From NCBI GenBank assembly GCA_965216755.1, contig CBDCGL010000011.1:2496001-2560000 (forward strand): a DNA stretch of 64,000 nucleotides. Reading direction: 5' to 3'. Below, in pieces: positions 46,607 to 56,865 of the stretch. The stretch is from Alphaproteobacteria bacterium (GTDB taxonomy: Bacteria > Pseudomonadota > Alphaproteobacteria > UBA7887). The notes under the pieces were generated by a model that was given only the letters and a program-made list of their open reading frames with translations, was not told the DNA's origin and ran no database searches. The stretch's first letter is position 1, and every line of letters starts with the position of its first letter. A program made the translations under genes and the position numbers.

Positions 46607-48126
46607 CCAGCACCGAAACGTTCGATGTGATTGTCGTCGGCGGCGGTGGTTCGGGGCTCGCGGCGGCCATTGAAGCGGCAAGCATTGGCCGCTCGGTGTG
46701 TCTGTTGGAAAAGAACCCGGCGCTGGGCGGCACCACGGCCTGGTCGGTGGGATCGGTGACCGCGACCAACACACCCCATCAGATCCGGGCCGGCGTTCGG
46801 GATCGGCCACAAGATCATTTCGCCGACATGCCCGGCTTCACCGCCCAATATCCCGACCGTGATAACGAAACACTGCGGCGCGTACTCACCAACAACATGC
46901 CGGAGACGTTTCGGTGGCTGCGATCCCTGGGCCTGGTGTTCTTTGGCCCCATGCCGGAACCACCCCACCGCAAGCCGCGCATGCACAACGTGCTGCCAAA
47001 TTCGCGCGCTTATATCCATCACCTATCGCGCCGCGCCCACCGTCTGGGCGTGCGCGTGCAACTGAACGCCCCGGTGCGGGATTTGGTGACCGACGACGGC
47101 CGCGTGACTGGTGTTGATGTCACGAACGGCGGCGCGCCACGACGGTTTATCAGCCGCGGTGGCATCGTGATTGCCAGCGGTGATTTCAGCGGCAGTGCCG
47201 ACTTGAAACGCAGGTTTGTGTCGGACGCCTACGCCAATATCGAGCCGATTGTTGAGACCAGCACGGGCGATGGCCAGCGCATGGCGGAAAAGGTCGGCGC
47301 GCGCATCGTCAATGGCGATATCGTCACGGGCCCCGAAATCCGGTTTGGACCGCCAACGCACATGACGCTGGTGCGCGCCCTGCCGCCTTGGACTTGGCTG
47401 GCCCATTTCGTCGCCTGGTCGATCAAATATATGCCACAGCCCCTGCTGCGCCCCTTCGTCATGGGGTTTCTGACCACGGCATTGGCGCCATCTCCCAATC
47501 TGTTTCACGAAGGTGCCATATTGGTCAATCGCTTCGGTGCGCGTTTCACCGACGAACGCGACCAACCGGCGAAGGCGCTGCCCGACCAGCCCGATCGGGT
47601 CGGCTATATCATTCTTGACAAAAAATTAGCGGACAAATTTTCGGCATGGCCACACTTTATTTCAACGGCGCCTGGCATCGCCTATGCCTATCTGGCGGAC
47701 TATCGGCGCAGCCGTAAAGACGTCTTCCACAGTGCGCCGACCATCGAAGGTTTGGCGGCGTCGATCGGCGTGCCCGCCGACACATTGGCCAAAACGCTCG
47801 CCGATCACAATGGCAATGTCGATCGCGATGGCGCAACGGCCGGCAACATGCCGCCGCGTCCGGCGCTTGATCAACCGCCCTATGTCGCCTTGGGCCCCAT
47901 GAAAAGCTTCATCGTGTTTACCGAAGGCGGCCTGGCCGTGAATGAAAACCTGCAAGTGCTGGGCGCGGATGACGCACCCATTCCCGGCCTGTATGCCGCC
48001 GGCTCGGCGGGCCAAGGTGGTCTGTTGCTGGAAGGCCACGGCCATCATCTCGGCTGGGGCTTCACATCGGGCCGCATCGCCGGCCGCAACGCCGCCTATG
48101 AAGTGACCAGCGAAGATCTAGAATAG
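46603..48126 (+). CDS. FAD-dependent oxidoreductase (fumarate reductase/KstD-like flavoprotein)
   Basis: GGGGSG, GGTTAWS, TEGGL.V, IPGLYAAG; ATGA overlap with tcuA. Confidence 0.85.
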   Translation: MTSTETFDVIVVGGGGSGLAAAIEAASIGRSVCLLEKNPALGGTTAWSVGSVTATNTPHQIRAGVRDRPQDHFADMPGFTAQYPDRDNETLRRVLTNNMPETFRWLRSLGLVFFGPMPEPPHRKPRMHNVLPNSRAYIHHLSRRAHRLGVRVQLNAPVRDLVTDDGRVTGVDVTNGGAPRRFISRGGIVIASGDFSGSADLKRRFVSDAYANIEPIVETSTGDGQRMAEKVGARIVNGDIVTGPEIRFGPPTHMTLVRALPPWTWLAHFVAWSIKYMPQPLLRPFVMGFLTTALAPSPNLFHEGAILVNRFGARFTDERDQPAKALPDQPDRVGYIILDKKLADKFSAWPHFISTAPGIAYAYLADYRRSRKDVFHSAPTIEGLAASIGVPADTLAKTLADHNGNVDRDGATAGNMPPRPALDQPPYVALGPMKSFIVFTEGGLAVNENLQVLGADDAPIPGLYAAGSAGQGGLLLEGHGHHLGWGFTSGRIAGRNAAYEVTSEDLE

Positions 48127-48137
48127 ACTTTCCCACT

Positions 48138-48157
48138 TGTCACCCGAGCGGGTGACA
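48138..48157 (+). terminator. Hairpin after flavoprotein operon
   Basis: TGTCACCC-gagc-GGGTGACA. Confidence 0.4.
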
Positions 48158-48397
48158 GACATCTTTGTATCTTACAACTTACAAGAATTTAGCACTTTAG
48201 CCGGCTCCCCCACTATTTATCAAACAACCGGGAAGCCGTAACCAAAAAAACACGCATTGAGGATAGTTCGTCAAATTCAATTGACGCAATGAGAATAGTT
48301 GTCATTAAATATTCTACTTTTGCGAGATTTTTCTCATAAGCACTCGCCACACGCGTTAAACACCTGATGCCTCCAATTCATGCTGAGGAGCTATGCA

Positions 48398-50254
48398 ATG
48401 AGATATCGTAAGTTTGGCTCGCGCATCATGCCTATCGTGGGCCTTGTCAGTTTGGGGTTTCAATCAGCCGAAGCGCAATCACCAGAAGATTTTCCGGTGT
48501 TCGATGTTCCGGAGCAAGCGGCCCCAGCGCAACCCGAGTACATCCCGGGGCGCATTGTGGTCAAATATCGTGACACCAATGGCATCGAGGCTTTGAGCGC
48601 TCAGGATGCTAGCGCGCTGGGACTGGATGCGACACCCATCCGGCAAACGTCGGGTGGCGAGACGATCTATCAACTTGATCAGCGTACGCATGCGGAATTG
48701 CAAGCTTTGTCGAGCGAGGCTTTGCGATCGCGAGTTGTCGAAATCATTGCCACGCTCAACGAGCGCGACGATGTCGAATATGCCGTTCGTGATGTTGTCG
48801 GGCGACACTACGCGCCACCTGCCGATCCATTCTTCGATTTGCAGTGGCATTTTGGACCAGCAGATCCGGCCACGGGCGGCATCGATATGGAGGCGGCCTG
48901 GGATCGAACAACGGGAAACAAAAAAATTACAATCGCCGTTCTAGACACAGGCCTCGTCGCGGAACACCCCGATATCTCCGTTCCCACCGGCGGCATAGTT
49001 GGCAGGGATTTCATTAGCGACCCGACGCGAGCCAACGACGGTGACGGTCGCGACGACGACCCTACTGACCCAGGCGATGCCTGCAATACGACAGACAAAA
49101 ATTCTTGGCATGGCACTCATGTGGCCGGAACGGTTGGTGTCGGTATCAGCGACAACGATCTTGGGCTAGCAGGCATTAATTGGCTGTCAAACGTCATCTC
49201 TGTCCGTGTCCTCGGCCGATGCGGGGGCGCTTTTTCGGATATCAACGATGCCATCCGGTGGGCCGCGGGAATCGAGGTCGACGATCACGTCAATCCGAAT
49301 CCAGCACAGGTCATAAACATGAGCCTCGGCGCGGCGGTCCGCTGTTCAGATCGGCCAGACATGCAGGAAGCCATAAACAACGCCGTCGACGCCGGTGCTC
49401 TGGTTGTCGTTGCCGCGGGAAATGAAAGCAGCAATGTGGCGCATTTCAGCCCGGCTGGTTGTGAAAATGTCCTGACCGTCGCGGCGAGTGACTTTCGTGG
49501 CCATCTGGTGGAACGTTATTCAAACTTCGGTGACGGGGTTGATATTTTGGCACCGGGCGGTGACGTGACGCGTGACGACAACAGCGACAATTTTGCCGAC
49601 GGCGTCCTGAGTTACGGCAATCCAGCCGACAGTGAAAGCGGCGCATACGTGTTCAAGAATGGGACATCAATGGCCGCGCCGCACGTCGCCGGCGTCGCAG
49701 CATTATTGCTTTCCCAGAACCCGGGTCTTACTGCCCAACAGGTCGAAGCTCTGCTGATTGCAAATGCACGACCACGCACACCAGTGCAATGTCCACAACC
49801 GTGCGGCGCAGGCCTGCTGAACGCAGACATTGACGTGAACGCGGCACCCAGTTCGCCAGGTTCGGATGCCCTGCCAGCCATCGCACAAGCTGAGGACACG
49901 GTGGACTTTGGAGATGTCCGCGAATTCACGAATGACCCCCAGATCGCGACCACGACGAACCAAGGGGCCGTCACACCTAGCGCCTTGTCGGGCCGGGGAT
50001 TCACATACCGACATGATTGGGGGGATAAAAATGGGCAGTGGAAGCTGACCCTGAATTGGCCCCAAATACAGGCAAGCTCACGTGTATTCGCCGCTGCAGG
50101 GGAATGTCGGGCCGGCGGTGGGAATCTCATGGGGGCCGCCCGTTACACGGTCCACAATGTAGTGCCAAAGCGCAATGGCATCGGTGTTTGGCTAAATATC
50201 GAATGGCGCGAACCCATTCGTGTTTGCGTCGACTATTTCGTTGTCAACCCATAG
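48398..50254 (+). CDS. Secreted S8 (subtilisin-like) serine protease with unusual C-terminal domain
   Basis: Signal plus propeptide; triad AVLDTG, HGTHVAG, GTSMAAPHVAG; AAGN. Confidence 0.92.
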   Translation: MRYRKFGSRIMPIVGLVSLGFQSAEAQSPEDFPVFDVPEQAAPAQPEYIPGRIVVKYRDTNGIEALSAQDASALGLDATPIRQTSGGETIYQLDQRTHAELQALSSEALRSRVVEIIATLNERDDVEYAVRDVVGRHYAPPADPFFDLQWHFGPADPATGGIDMEAAWDRTTGNKKITIAVLDTGLVAEHPDISVPTGGIVGRDFISDPTRANDGDGRDDDPTDPGDACNTTDKNSWHGTHVAGTVGVGISDNDLGLAGINWLSNVISVRVLGRCGGAFSDINDAIRWAAGIEVDDHVNPNPAQVINMSLGAAVRCSDRPDMQEAINNAVDAGALVVVAAGNESSNVAHFSPAGCENVLTVAASDFRGHLVERYSNFGDGVDILAPGGDVTRDDNSDNFADGVLSYGNPADSESGAYVFKNGTSMAAPHVAGVAALLLSQNPGLTAQQVEALLIANARPRTPVQCPQPCGAGLLNADIDVNAAPSSPGSDALPAIAQAEDTVDFGDVREFTNDPQIATTTNQGAVTPSALSGRGFTYRHDWGDKNGQWKLTLNWPQIQASSRVFAAAGECRAGGGNLMGAARYTVHNVVPKRNGIGVWLNIEWREPIRVCVDYFVVNP

Positions 50255-50384
50255 CCCACAAACTAAGAAAAAGGTGCCGTGCCCGACACGTCGTGTATGC
50301 ACCCTGAACGACAGGGCACGGTATCTTCGGTTTCGCGAGTACTACAACAGCGAGCGATTGCAACTCCAAAGGGAAGAGACAAAC

Positions 50385-50897
50385 ATGAACGCGAGATCTG
50401 GTCTACAAGGAGCTCTCTTGGCGGTTCTGTGCGGCGGATGTACCGCAGACCTGATGGTCTATGACAACGCCGGCGCATTAGCCAAGGGTGTTCCCTTTCG
50501 CACGGCCGAAGTCTATGTTGCGGAGGGCTACTTAACAGCGCATTCGACAGGCGGCACATGCAATGAGAAAACTCGGTACCAAAAATTCGTCTCACTTCCG
50601 TTAGGTGACCAATATTTCGCGCATATCGAAACTGGTGAATGGACCGGATCCGAATTCTCAATCAGTTACAACGACAACGGTGGGCTGAAAGAGGTATCCT
50701 TAAACTCTGAGCCAAAGTTTGCCGATAACCTCGGAGCAATCACGGATTTCGTAAGCAAGGCGGTACCAGCCCTGGTGCCAACTCCAGCCGCAGGCACAGC
50801 CGAAACAGCCTTGCGTGACGATCGAGCGTGCGACCGTGGCGAAAGCTTGCAAATACTAACCAAGTTAAGTGAATGGACAACATGGCCCCCAGACTAG
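50385..50897 (+). CDS. Putative lipoprotein
   Basis: ATG after GGGAAG; hydrophobic stretch ending LCGGC. Confidence 0.6.
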   Translation: MNARSGLQGALLAVLCGGCTADLMVYDNAGALAKGVPFRTAEVYVAEGYLTAHSTGGTCNEKTRYQKFVSLPLGDQYFAHIETGEWTGSEFSISYNDNGGLKEVSLNSEPKFADNLGAITDFVSKAVPALVPTPAAGTAETALRDDRACDRGESLQILTKLSEWTTWPPD

Positions 50898-51040
50898 TGT
50901 TTTTCACCAGCGAGATTGATTGGTTGCGAGGGGGCGAGCTTTTTGATTCTCTGCGTCCGGATCGGATGCGGGGGTATCATTATGGCGAACATCAAATACG
51001 TGGTTGACGGCAACATCGTTGGAAAATGTGACAGACCTAG
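50894..51040 (+). mobile_element. Possible internally deleted IS630-like remnant
   Basis: CTAG at both ends, imperfect end repeats, truncated MANIKYVVD ORF. Confidence 0.3.
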
Positions 51041-51852
51041 CCTGACTTTGTCGCCAAAAAGGTGATCTCTTGGAGCGGTAGCTGCACGGGCGCGGGACCG
51101 AACGTGTCCTCCAGCGCCATCGCCACACCGGCGATCAATGCCACCGGATCGGCGCGTTCGCGGATTTCCAGGATGCTCGGATTGCCTTCGACAAAACCAC
51201 GCGCGACATGGTGGGGATCCGGCCGGACCACCGTTTCCGAAACAATGTGAATATCGATGTGGCGAAATCCCGCGCCCTGCAAATCGTCGCGGATCGGATC
51301 GATTTGGTAATAGCCAAATGGGGTTTCGAGAAAACGCGGCGGGTCGGTTTCGAAAAAACCGCCGATCGTGTTGTGCACCAGCGCCACCACCGGATTGTTG
51401 GCGAACGAGTCCCAAACGTTGAACGCCGCCAACCCACCGGGTTTCAACACCCGCGCCATTTCGCTGTAGCCCCTCGCCTTGTCGGGATAGAACATCACGC
51501 CGAATTGGCAAACAACCGCGTCGAAGCTGTTGTCTTCAAACGGCAAGTCGGTACCGTCGGCGGTGCCGAAGCTAACCCCCGCCAAGCCGCCATGTTTGGC
51601 CTTGGCGAAATCGATCATGGCGTCTTGCAAATCGGTGGCCATAATCGTGGTCGCCGCAGGTAATGCCCGGCGCAAATGTGCGGTGGACAAGCCGGTGCCG
51701 CAGGCGATCTCCAGAACACGCGCGCCCGGGCTCAGCCCGGCCGCGACCCGCTCCGCCAAATCGGCACCGGAGAAATCGAACAAGACCGGCCCCAAATGGG
51801 CGTCATAGATTTCGGGAATCGAGCCGACAAACTGCGCGTGCGTGCTGGACAT
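51037..51852 (-). CDS. Class I SAM-dependent methyltransferase
   Basis: VLEIACGTG, LPFEDNSFDAVVCQFG, RVLKPGG. Confidence 0.9.
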   Translation of the reverse strand: MSSTHAQFVGSIPEIYDAHLGPVLFDFSGADLAERVAAGLSPGARVLEIACGTGLSTAHLRRALPAATTIMATDLQDAMIDFAKAKHGGLAGVSFGTADGTDLPFEDNSFDAVVCQFGVMFYPDKARGYSEMARVLKPGGLAAFNVWDSFANNPVVALVHNTIGGFFETDPPRFLETPFGYYQIDPIRDDLQGAGFRHIDIHIVSETVVRPDPHHVARGFVEGNPSILEIRERADPVALIAGVAMALEDTFGPAPVQLPLQEITFLATKSG

Positions 51853-51925
51853 GATCTGTGCTCCCAAAGGTCGGATCCCAGTCTACACTGAGATCGGATT
51901 CCGATGCATCGAAGGAGAACACCAC

Positions 51926-52222
51926 ATGGCCGCATTGATCGTCGTCCTGCTACGCGTTACCGACCGCGACCGGTTCGCGCAATATGGCGCCCAGGTTGGC
52001 GCGACCTTGAAACCGTTTAACGGTCAGCTGGTCGCGGCGGAAGACCCGGCGGAGGTGTTGGAAGGCGAACCGCCCTATCCGCGTGTGGTCGTGCTGCGCT
52101 TTCGGTCGAAAGACGACGCCCGTGCTTGGATGGCGAGCCCCGCGTACAAAAAGGCGGAAATCGACCGGCAGGCGGGGTCGGAAAGCGTGTTTTATTTGCT
52201 CGACGAGAGGCCGCCAGGCTGA
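51926..52222 (+). CDS. DUF1330 family protein
   Basis: EVLEG, VVLRF.S...A.AW..SP.Y; AAGGAG RBS. Confidence 0.85.
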   Translation: MAALIVVLLRVTDRDRFAQYGAQVGATLKPFNGQLVAAEDPAEVLEGEPPYPRVVVLRFRSKDDARAWMASPAYKKAEIDRQAGSESVFYLLDERPPG

Positions 52223-52268
52223 GCGGCGCCAATAGCGCCGCTCCCGCGTCCGCAATCTGTGACCAAAC

Positions 52269-52478
52269 TTACGACTTCGATGCGACCTCAAAAGTAATCT
52301 TGCAGGTCACCCGATATCGGTCGATCTGGCCGTTTTTCACGGTCGCGCTCTGATCCTGAACCCATACCGACTTGATATTCTTGACGGTCGCGGCGGCTTC
52401 CTCCACCGCTGCTTCGGTCGCGGCCTCCCAGCTTTTTTTCGATTGCCCCATGATTTCGATGATTTTCAAGACCGACAT
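52269..52478 (-). CDS. Dodecin family protein
   Basis: KIIEI.G.S..SWE.A...AV..A..TV; YRVTCKITF; AGGAGG RBS. Confidence 0.88.
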   Translation of the reverse strand: MSVLKIIEIMGQSKKSWEAATEAAVEEAAATVKNIKSVWVQDQSATVKNGQIDRYRVTCKITFEVASKS

Positions 52479-52629
52479 AGCATCCTCCTGAGTGTTTTGC
52501 GGCCAAACGCGACCCGCCGCCGCGCGCGGCTTATTGGACCGTGATTATCGCCCCCCGCGCCGACCGTTTGAATGTCCTTTTTTGCGCCGCACCACATGTG
52601 ACAGCCGTTTGCCCGCCTCCTGAGCTTTT

Positions 52630-53118
52630 TCAGCGTCCCGACAGCGCCTTTTTGAACACCACCACCGCGCCGCGCAGAGATTGGCTGGTGCCGATCGGGG
52701 TCCAGCCGCGGCGGCGAAGCAAGCCTTCGGCCGTGTCGGTCGAGACATAGAGTGCGGGGAAGCCGAGCTGGCGCGCCTCGGCCTCGATCGCGGCGATCAG
52801 CGCCGTGCCGACCCCTTGGCCGCGAAACTGTGCGCCAACCAGCAAGGCCGCAAGCCACGGGCCGGGAGCCAGATCACTGCCGACTGAGTCTGCTTTGAGG
52901 GCCGCCGTGCCCATGACCCCGCGCCCGCCATTCAGCGCCACCAAACATAACGGCAGACGATCGCGGTGCGCGCACGCGTCGAGATCGGCCCGCGCGTCGC
53001 CGGGGCCTGTCGTACCGTAATGCGGTTCCCATTGGTCAACAAACCATTGCGCCAGTACCGGTTTGGCATCTGGAACATCGATCAAATGAACGATTCGTGT
53101 GTTGGGCGGCAGACTCAA
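52630..53118 (-). CDS. GNAT family N-acetyltransferase
   Basis: PWLAAL.V...RGQGVGTALI. Confidence 0.85.
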   Translation of the reverse strand: MSLPPNTRIVHLIDVPDAKPVLAQWFVDQWEPHYGTTGPGDARADLDACAHRDRLPLCLVALNGGRGVMGTAALKADSVGSDLAPGPWLAALLVGAQFRGQGVGTALIAAIEAEARQLGFPALYVSTDTAEGLLRRRGWTPIGTSQSLRGAVVVFKKALSGR

Positions 53119-53945
53119 CGGCGAGTCGCGATCATCACAGTCGGCACAATCGCGCCATTCTCCAAATTTGCCAGCATATTCTTGGCTTTTCGCCCGGCAT
53201 TGGCGCCCATCATCAAATGGGTGCCAAGCGGCGGCGGGCCGCCGGACGCCGCGGCGATGCGCTCGCGAAACACGGCGATGGCGAATTCCGTCCGGTCTTC
53301 CACCACGGTGACGGCAAAACCGGCCTCGGCCAACAGACCGCGCATTTGATCAGGCGTGGTCAAATGACTGGTCGCCGCCGTCTCCGCCCACGGCACCGGA
53401 TAGCGGACGTCGCCGGCGGGCCCACGCATGGCGTCATAGATGCAAAAACACGCCCCCGGCTTCAGCACCCGCGCGGCCTCGGCATAGAGCCCAGCGCGAT
53501 CGCGAATATTCATCGCCACATGCAGGGTGATGGCGGCGTCAAACATCGAGTCGGAAAACGGCATGTCAAGCGCGCTGGCGACATGATAGGCCGTGCGAGC
53601 GGCCAAGCCGGTCCGCATCGCCAATTCGCGCGCGACACCGACATATTCGGGCGTTAGGTCGACCCCGCTGACCTGGCAGCCGATCGTGGACGCGATATAC
53701 CGCGCCGCGCCACCCAGGCCGCAACCGATATCGAGCACATGGTCGCCGTCGCGCAACCGCATTTTCGAGACAGCAAACTTGGTCGCCGCGCGGCCGCCGA
53801 TGTGGAACTCGTCGACCGGCGCCAGATCCTCCGGCTGCAAGCGATCGGGGTCGCCGCCGGCCGCCACCACGCCGTCAAGTATGCGTGCCAGCAACCCGGC
53901 CACGCCATAGTGGTCAGCGACGGCACGTTCAAGTTCAGCGGTCAT
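53115..53945 (-). CDS. Class I SAM-dependent methyltransferase
   Basis: DEFHIGG, VLDIGCGLGG, HVAMNI, RVLKPG. Confidence 0.88.
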   Translation of the reverse strand: MTAELERAVADHYGVAGLLARILDGVVAAGGDPDRLQPEDLAPVDEFHIGGRAATKFAVSKMRLRDGDHVLDIGCGLGGAARYIASTIGCQVSGVDLTPEYVGVARELAMRTGLAARTAYHVASALDMPFSDSMFDAAITLHVAMNIRDRAGLYAEAARVLKPGACFCIYDAMRGPAGDVRYPVPWAETAATSHLTTPDQMRGLLAEAGFAVTVVEDRTEFAIAVFRERIAAASGGPPPLGTHLMMGANAGRKAKNMLANLENGAIVPTVMIATRR

Positions 53946-53951
53946 CGCGGG

Positions 53952-54320
53952 TCATTCATCGGTTGGCGGCGAGGTGATGACCAAAAACGTCAAATCCCTG
54001 AGCCCCGTATTGTAGAGCGCATGATCCAATCCCGGTGGAATGAAGATGGTATCATTGCGCCGAACGACGCGTCGTTCGCTGCCGAGTTCCATCAGCCCTT
54101 CGCCGGCGAGTACGAAATAGATCTGCTCTTGGCGGGTGTGATGGTGGGTGGCGACATAACCCTTCGGCTGATACACCGAAATGCGGAAGTCAAAATGTTT
54201 GGTTTGGTCGGTGTCGGGTGTCACCAGCAACTTCGAATGGGCGCCTTCATAGTGGCCGGGCGCCGTATCCCATAAGACCTCGGCGATGTTGCGGATGGTG
54301 GCGTCGTCGAATTTTTCCAT
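53952..54320 (-). CDS. Cupin domain protein
   Basis: HHH...EQIYFVLAGEG; IPPGLDH. Confidence 0.88.
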   Translation of the reverse strand: MEKFDDATIRNIAEVLWDTAPGHYEGAHSKLLVTPDTDQTKHFDFRISVYQPKGYVATHHHTRQEQIYFVLAGEGLMELGSERRVVRRNDTIFIPPGLDHALYNTGLRDLTFLVITSPPTDE

Positions 54321-54345
54321 GGCGCGGCCTCGGCTTTCCTCTGGC

Positions 54346-56136
54346 TTAAGTAATCAAGCCGGCATCGGCGGCCCCCACCGGCGCGCCAAACGCCGGCTCC
54401 CTGTGCAGCGTCGGCGGCAAGGCCCAAGTGCCCGTCGCGGGCGGACGAATGTCGGCATCGACATGCGCTTCGATCAGGCAGGGTTTGCCCAGCGTCAAAG
54501 CGTGATCCAATGCGCCTTTGAAATCGGCCGAGGTCTTGGCGGTCAATCCTTCGACACCGTGGGCACGGGCCAAGGCGGCGAAATCAGGGTTGTAGGGCTC
54601 ACGATTTTCACCCTTGTAAAAAGCCGTGCCGATTTCGCGGCCATCATACAAGCCATATTGAATATCGCGAATCGCCGCCCAGGCGAAATTGTTCCAGACC
54701 ACCCAAATCGCCGGGATGTCATATTCGACCGCCGTGCACAGCACATGCGGCGTCATGACAAAGCCGCCATCGCCGCAAATTGAAACGCAGGGGCGGTGCG
54801 GCGCGGCCAGCTTGGCGCCCAGAATGCCACTGACGCCAAAGCCCATCGCCGAGAACCCCCATGCGTTGAGCATGGCCTGTGGCTGACGCGCTTCCCAAAA
54901 TTGCATGAACCAATTGTGATGGATGCCCGAATCAAGCGAAATGATCGCGTCATCGGGCAGCACGGCGCGCATGTCGGCGACAACCCGTTCAGGCTGCATG
55001 GGGGTGCGGTCGATCTCAAATTTGGGCGCGACAAATGCGTGCCACTCCCGTCGCCAGTTGGCGATCTTGGCCAGCCATTCGGCGCGGTCCGGAGTGGCGA
55101 TATCTGCCGCCGCCGCCAACATTTGCCCCAAGAAAGTCCTGGCATCGGCGACAATACCCAAATCGGCTGGATAATTGCGGCCAATCTCACTCACATCGAC
55201 GTCGACATGAATCAGCTTGGTGTGAGGAAAGTTCCACGAATAGCCCGGCAACCACGAGCTGGCTGAACGATCGTCAAAGCGCGCGCCAATGGTCAAAACC
55301 AGATCAGCATGGCGGCCGACTTGGTTGGCGGGGTAGGCGCCGTTGCGGCCAATAAAACCTAAGGACAAGTCATGGCCCATGGGGATACAGCCCATGCCGT
55401 TCGGCGAGCTGATCACCGGTATTTGCAGCTGTTCGGCCAAGGCAACCAATGGCGCGCCGGCTTCGGACAGCGTGACACCGTGGCCGATAAACAACGCCGG
55501 GCGCTTGGCCGCCATCAGCATTCGCAGTGCCTCGATCACGTCCGCCGGCGCGGCGCCTGAGCGCTTGGGACGATGCATGGCATGGGCCGGCTCCAATTCG
55601 ACATCGGCCTGTTCCTGAAACAGATTGAACGGGACATCGACCTGCACCGGCCCCGGGCGGCCGTTCACCATCAAATCGTAAGCTTGTCGCAGGGCCAACG
55701 GCAGCATCTCCACCCGGGTCGGCTGAAAGCTGCGCTTCACCACGGGGCGGACGACGGCGGGAAAATCCGCCTGACCATGCCGATGGATTTCCTGAAATGG
55801 TCCGCGATTGAACTGCTGGGTGGGCACGTCGGCGGTCAGCGCCAAAAAGGTCGACGAATCCGACAGCGCATTGGCCAAGGCCATGACCAAATTGGCCGAA
55901 CCCGGCCCGCAGCTGGTCAACGTGGCGGCCGGCTGGTGCCTGATGCGAAAATAGGCGTCCGCCATGTGGCCGGCGGTCTGTTCGTGACGCGGCGAAATCA
56001 CCTTCACTTGGTCGCGAACGTCATAGAGCGCGTCAAGCAGTCCGACATTGCCATGCCCGCACAAGGCAAACACATAGGGAATTTTTGCTTGAACCAAAAA
56101 ATCGGCGATCAGTTCGCCGCCCTTCCGCATGGCCAT
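54346..56136 (-). CDS. ThDP-binding protein (acetolactate synthase-like)
   Basis: CGHGN, RHEQ, GPG, GDGGF...WNN; start ATG at 56136 after GGGAGG. Confidence 0.88.
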   Translation of the reverse strand: MAMRKGGELIADFLVQAKIPYVFALCGHGNVGLLDALYDVRDQVKVISPRHEQTAGHMADAYFRIRHQPAATLTSCGPGSANLVMALANALSDSSTFLALTADVPTQQFNRGPFQEIHRHGQADFPAVVRPVVKRSFQPTRVEMLPLALRQAYDLMVNGRPGPVQVDVPFNLFQEQADVELEPAHAMHRPKRSGAAPADVIEALRMLMAAKRPALFIGHGVTLSEAGAPLVALAEQLQIPVISSPNGMGCIPMGHDLSLGFIGRNGAYPANQVGRHADLVLTIGARFDDRSASSWLPGYSWNFPHTKLIHVDVDVSEIGRNYPADLGIVADARTFLGQMLAAAADIATPDRAEWLAKIANWRREWHAFVAPKFEIDRTPMQPERVVADMRAVLPDDAIISLDSGIHHNWFMQFWEARQPQAMLNAWGFSAMGFGVSGILGAKLAAPHRPCVSICGDGGFVMTPHVLCTAVEYDIPAIWVVWNNFAWAAIRDIQYGLYDGREIGTAFYKGENREPYNPDFAALARAHGVEGLTAKTSADFKGALDHALTLGKPCLIEAHVDADIRPPATGTWALPPTLHREPAFGAPVGAADAGLIT

Positions 56137-56153
56137 GCCGGGCCTCCCTTTGA

Positions 56154-56861
56154 TCAATGCGGCGAAACGCTAGCGGGAAAGTCGAACAACGGCAACAAAG
56201 GCGCGCCGGCACGCGCGACCGCCGCGTGATCTTCGGGATCGAGCCGCGGCACGCACAGCACCCGCGTGCCGCGCGCAAAACGCGAAATCGTGTCGACCGT
56301 GTCGCGCAATGGCACCGGGCTTTCCGGCGATTCGCTGACAACAACGCCGGCGATCGGAATTCGCCGCCGCTGCAAGACCTCCAGCGCCGTCAACGTATGG
56401 CTGATCGTACCCAAGTAAGAACCCGCCACCAGCACCGCCGGCACGCTCAAATCGGCAATCCAGTCGACCACCAAAACATCGTCGCCCAAAGGCACCATGG
56501 CGCCGCCGACGCCTTCGATGATGACCCCGTCATGGTAGGTCTCGATCGCTTCGCCGCAATGCGCTAACAACGCCGCATAATCGATGCGACGCCCTTCGCG
56601 GGCGGCAGCCATGTCGGGCGACAATGGGGCGCCAAACCGCCATGGCGAGATTCGATCGATCGTCGCGCTGTTCGCCGGCAAATCTTGGGCGGCCAGTAAC
56701 AACGCGGTGTCGGTGGCGTCGGCCGGAGTCGCGTCGAAACCACTGATGACCGGCTTCACGGCGGCGACTTGTCGGCCCGCCGCGCGCAAGGCCCGCACCA
56801 GCGCGCAGCTCACCAGGGTCTTGCCGACCTCAGTGCCGCTGGCGGTGACAAAAAGCGACAT
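56154..56861 (-). CDS. bioD: Dethiobiotin synthase
   Basis: TEVGKT, KPVISG, IEGVGG, LGTISHT. Confidence 0.93.
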   Translation of the reverse strand: MSLFVTASGTEVGKTLVSCALVRALRAAGRQVAAVKPVISGFDATPADATDTALLLAAQDLPANSATIDRISPWRFGAPLSPDMAAAREGRRIDYAALLAHCGEAIETYHDGVIIEGVGGAMVPLGDDVLVVDWIADLSVPAVLVAGSYLGTISHTLTALEVLQRRRIPIAGVVVSESPESPVPLRDTVDTISRFARGTRVLCVPRLDPEDHAAVARAGAPLLPLFDFPASVSPH

Positions 56862-56865
56862 CCGG

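Noticed and set aside
48138-48157. Third copy of the GGTGACAG REP-like family
   Set aside because: Only about 8 bp match and the arm order is reversed; a simple terminator hairpin explains it.
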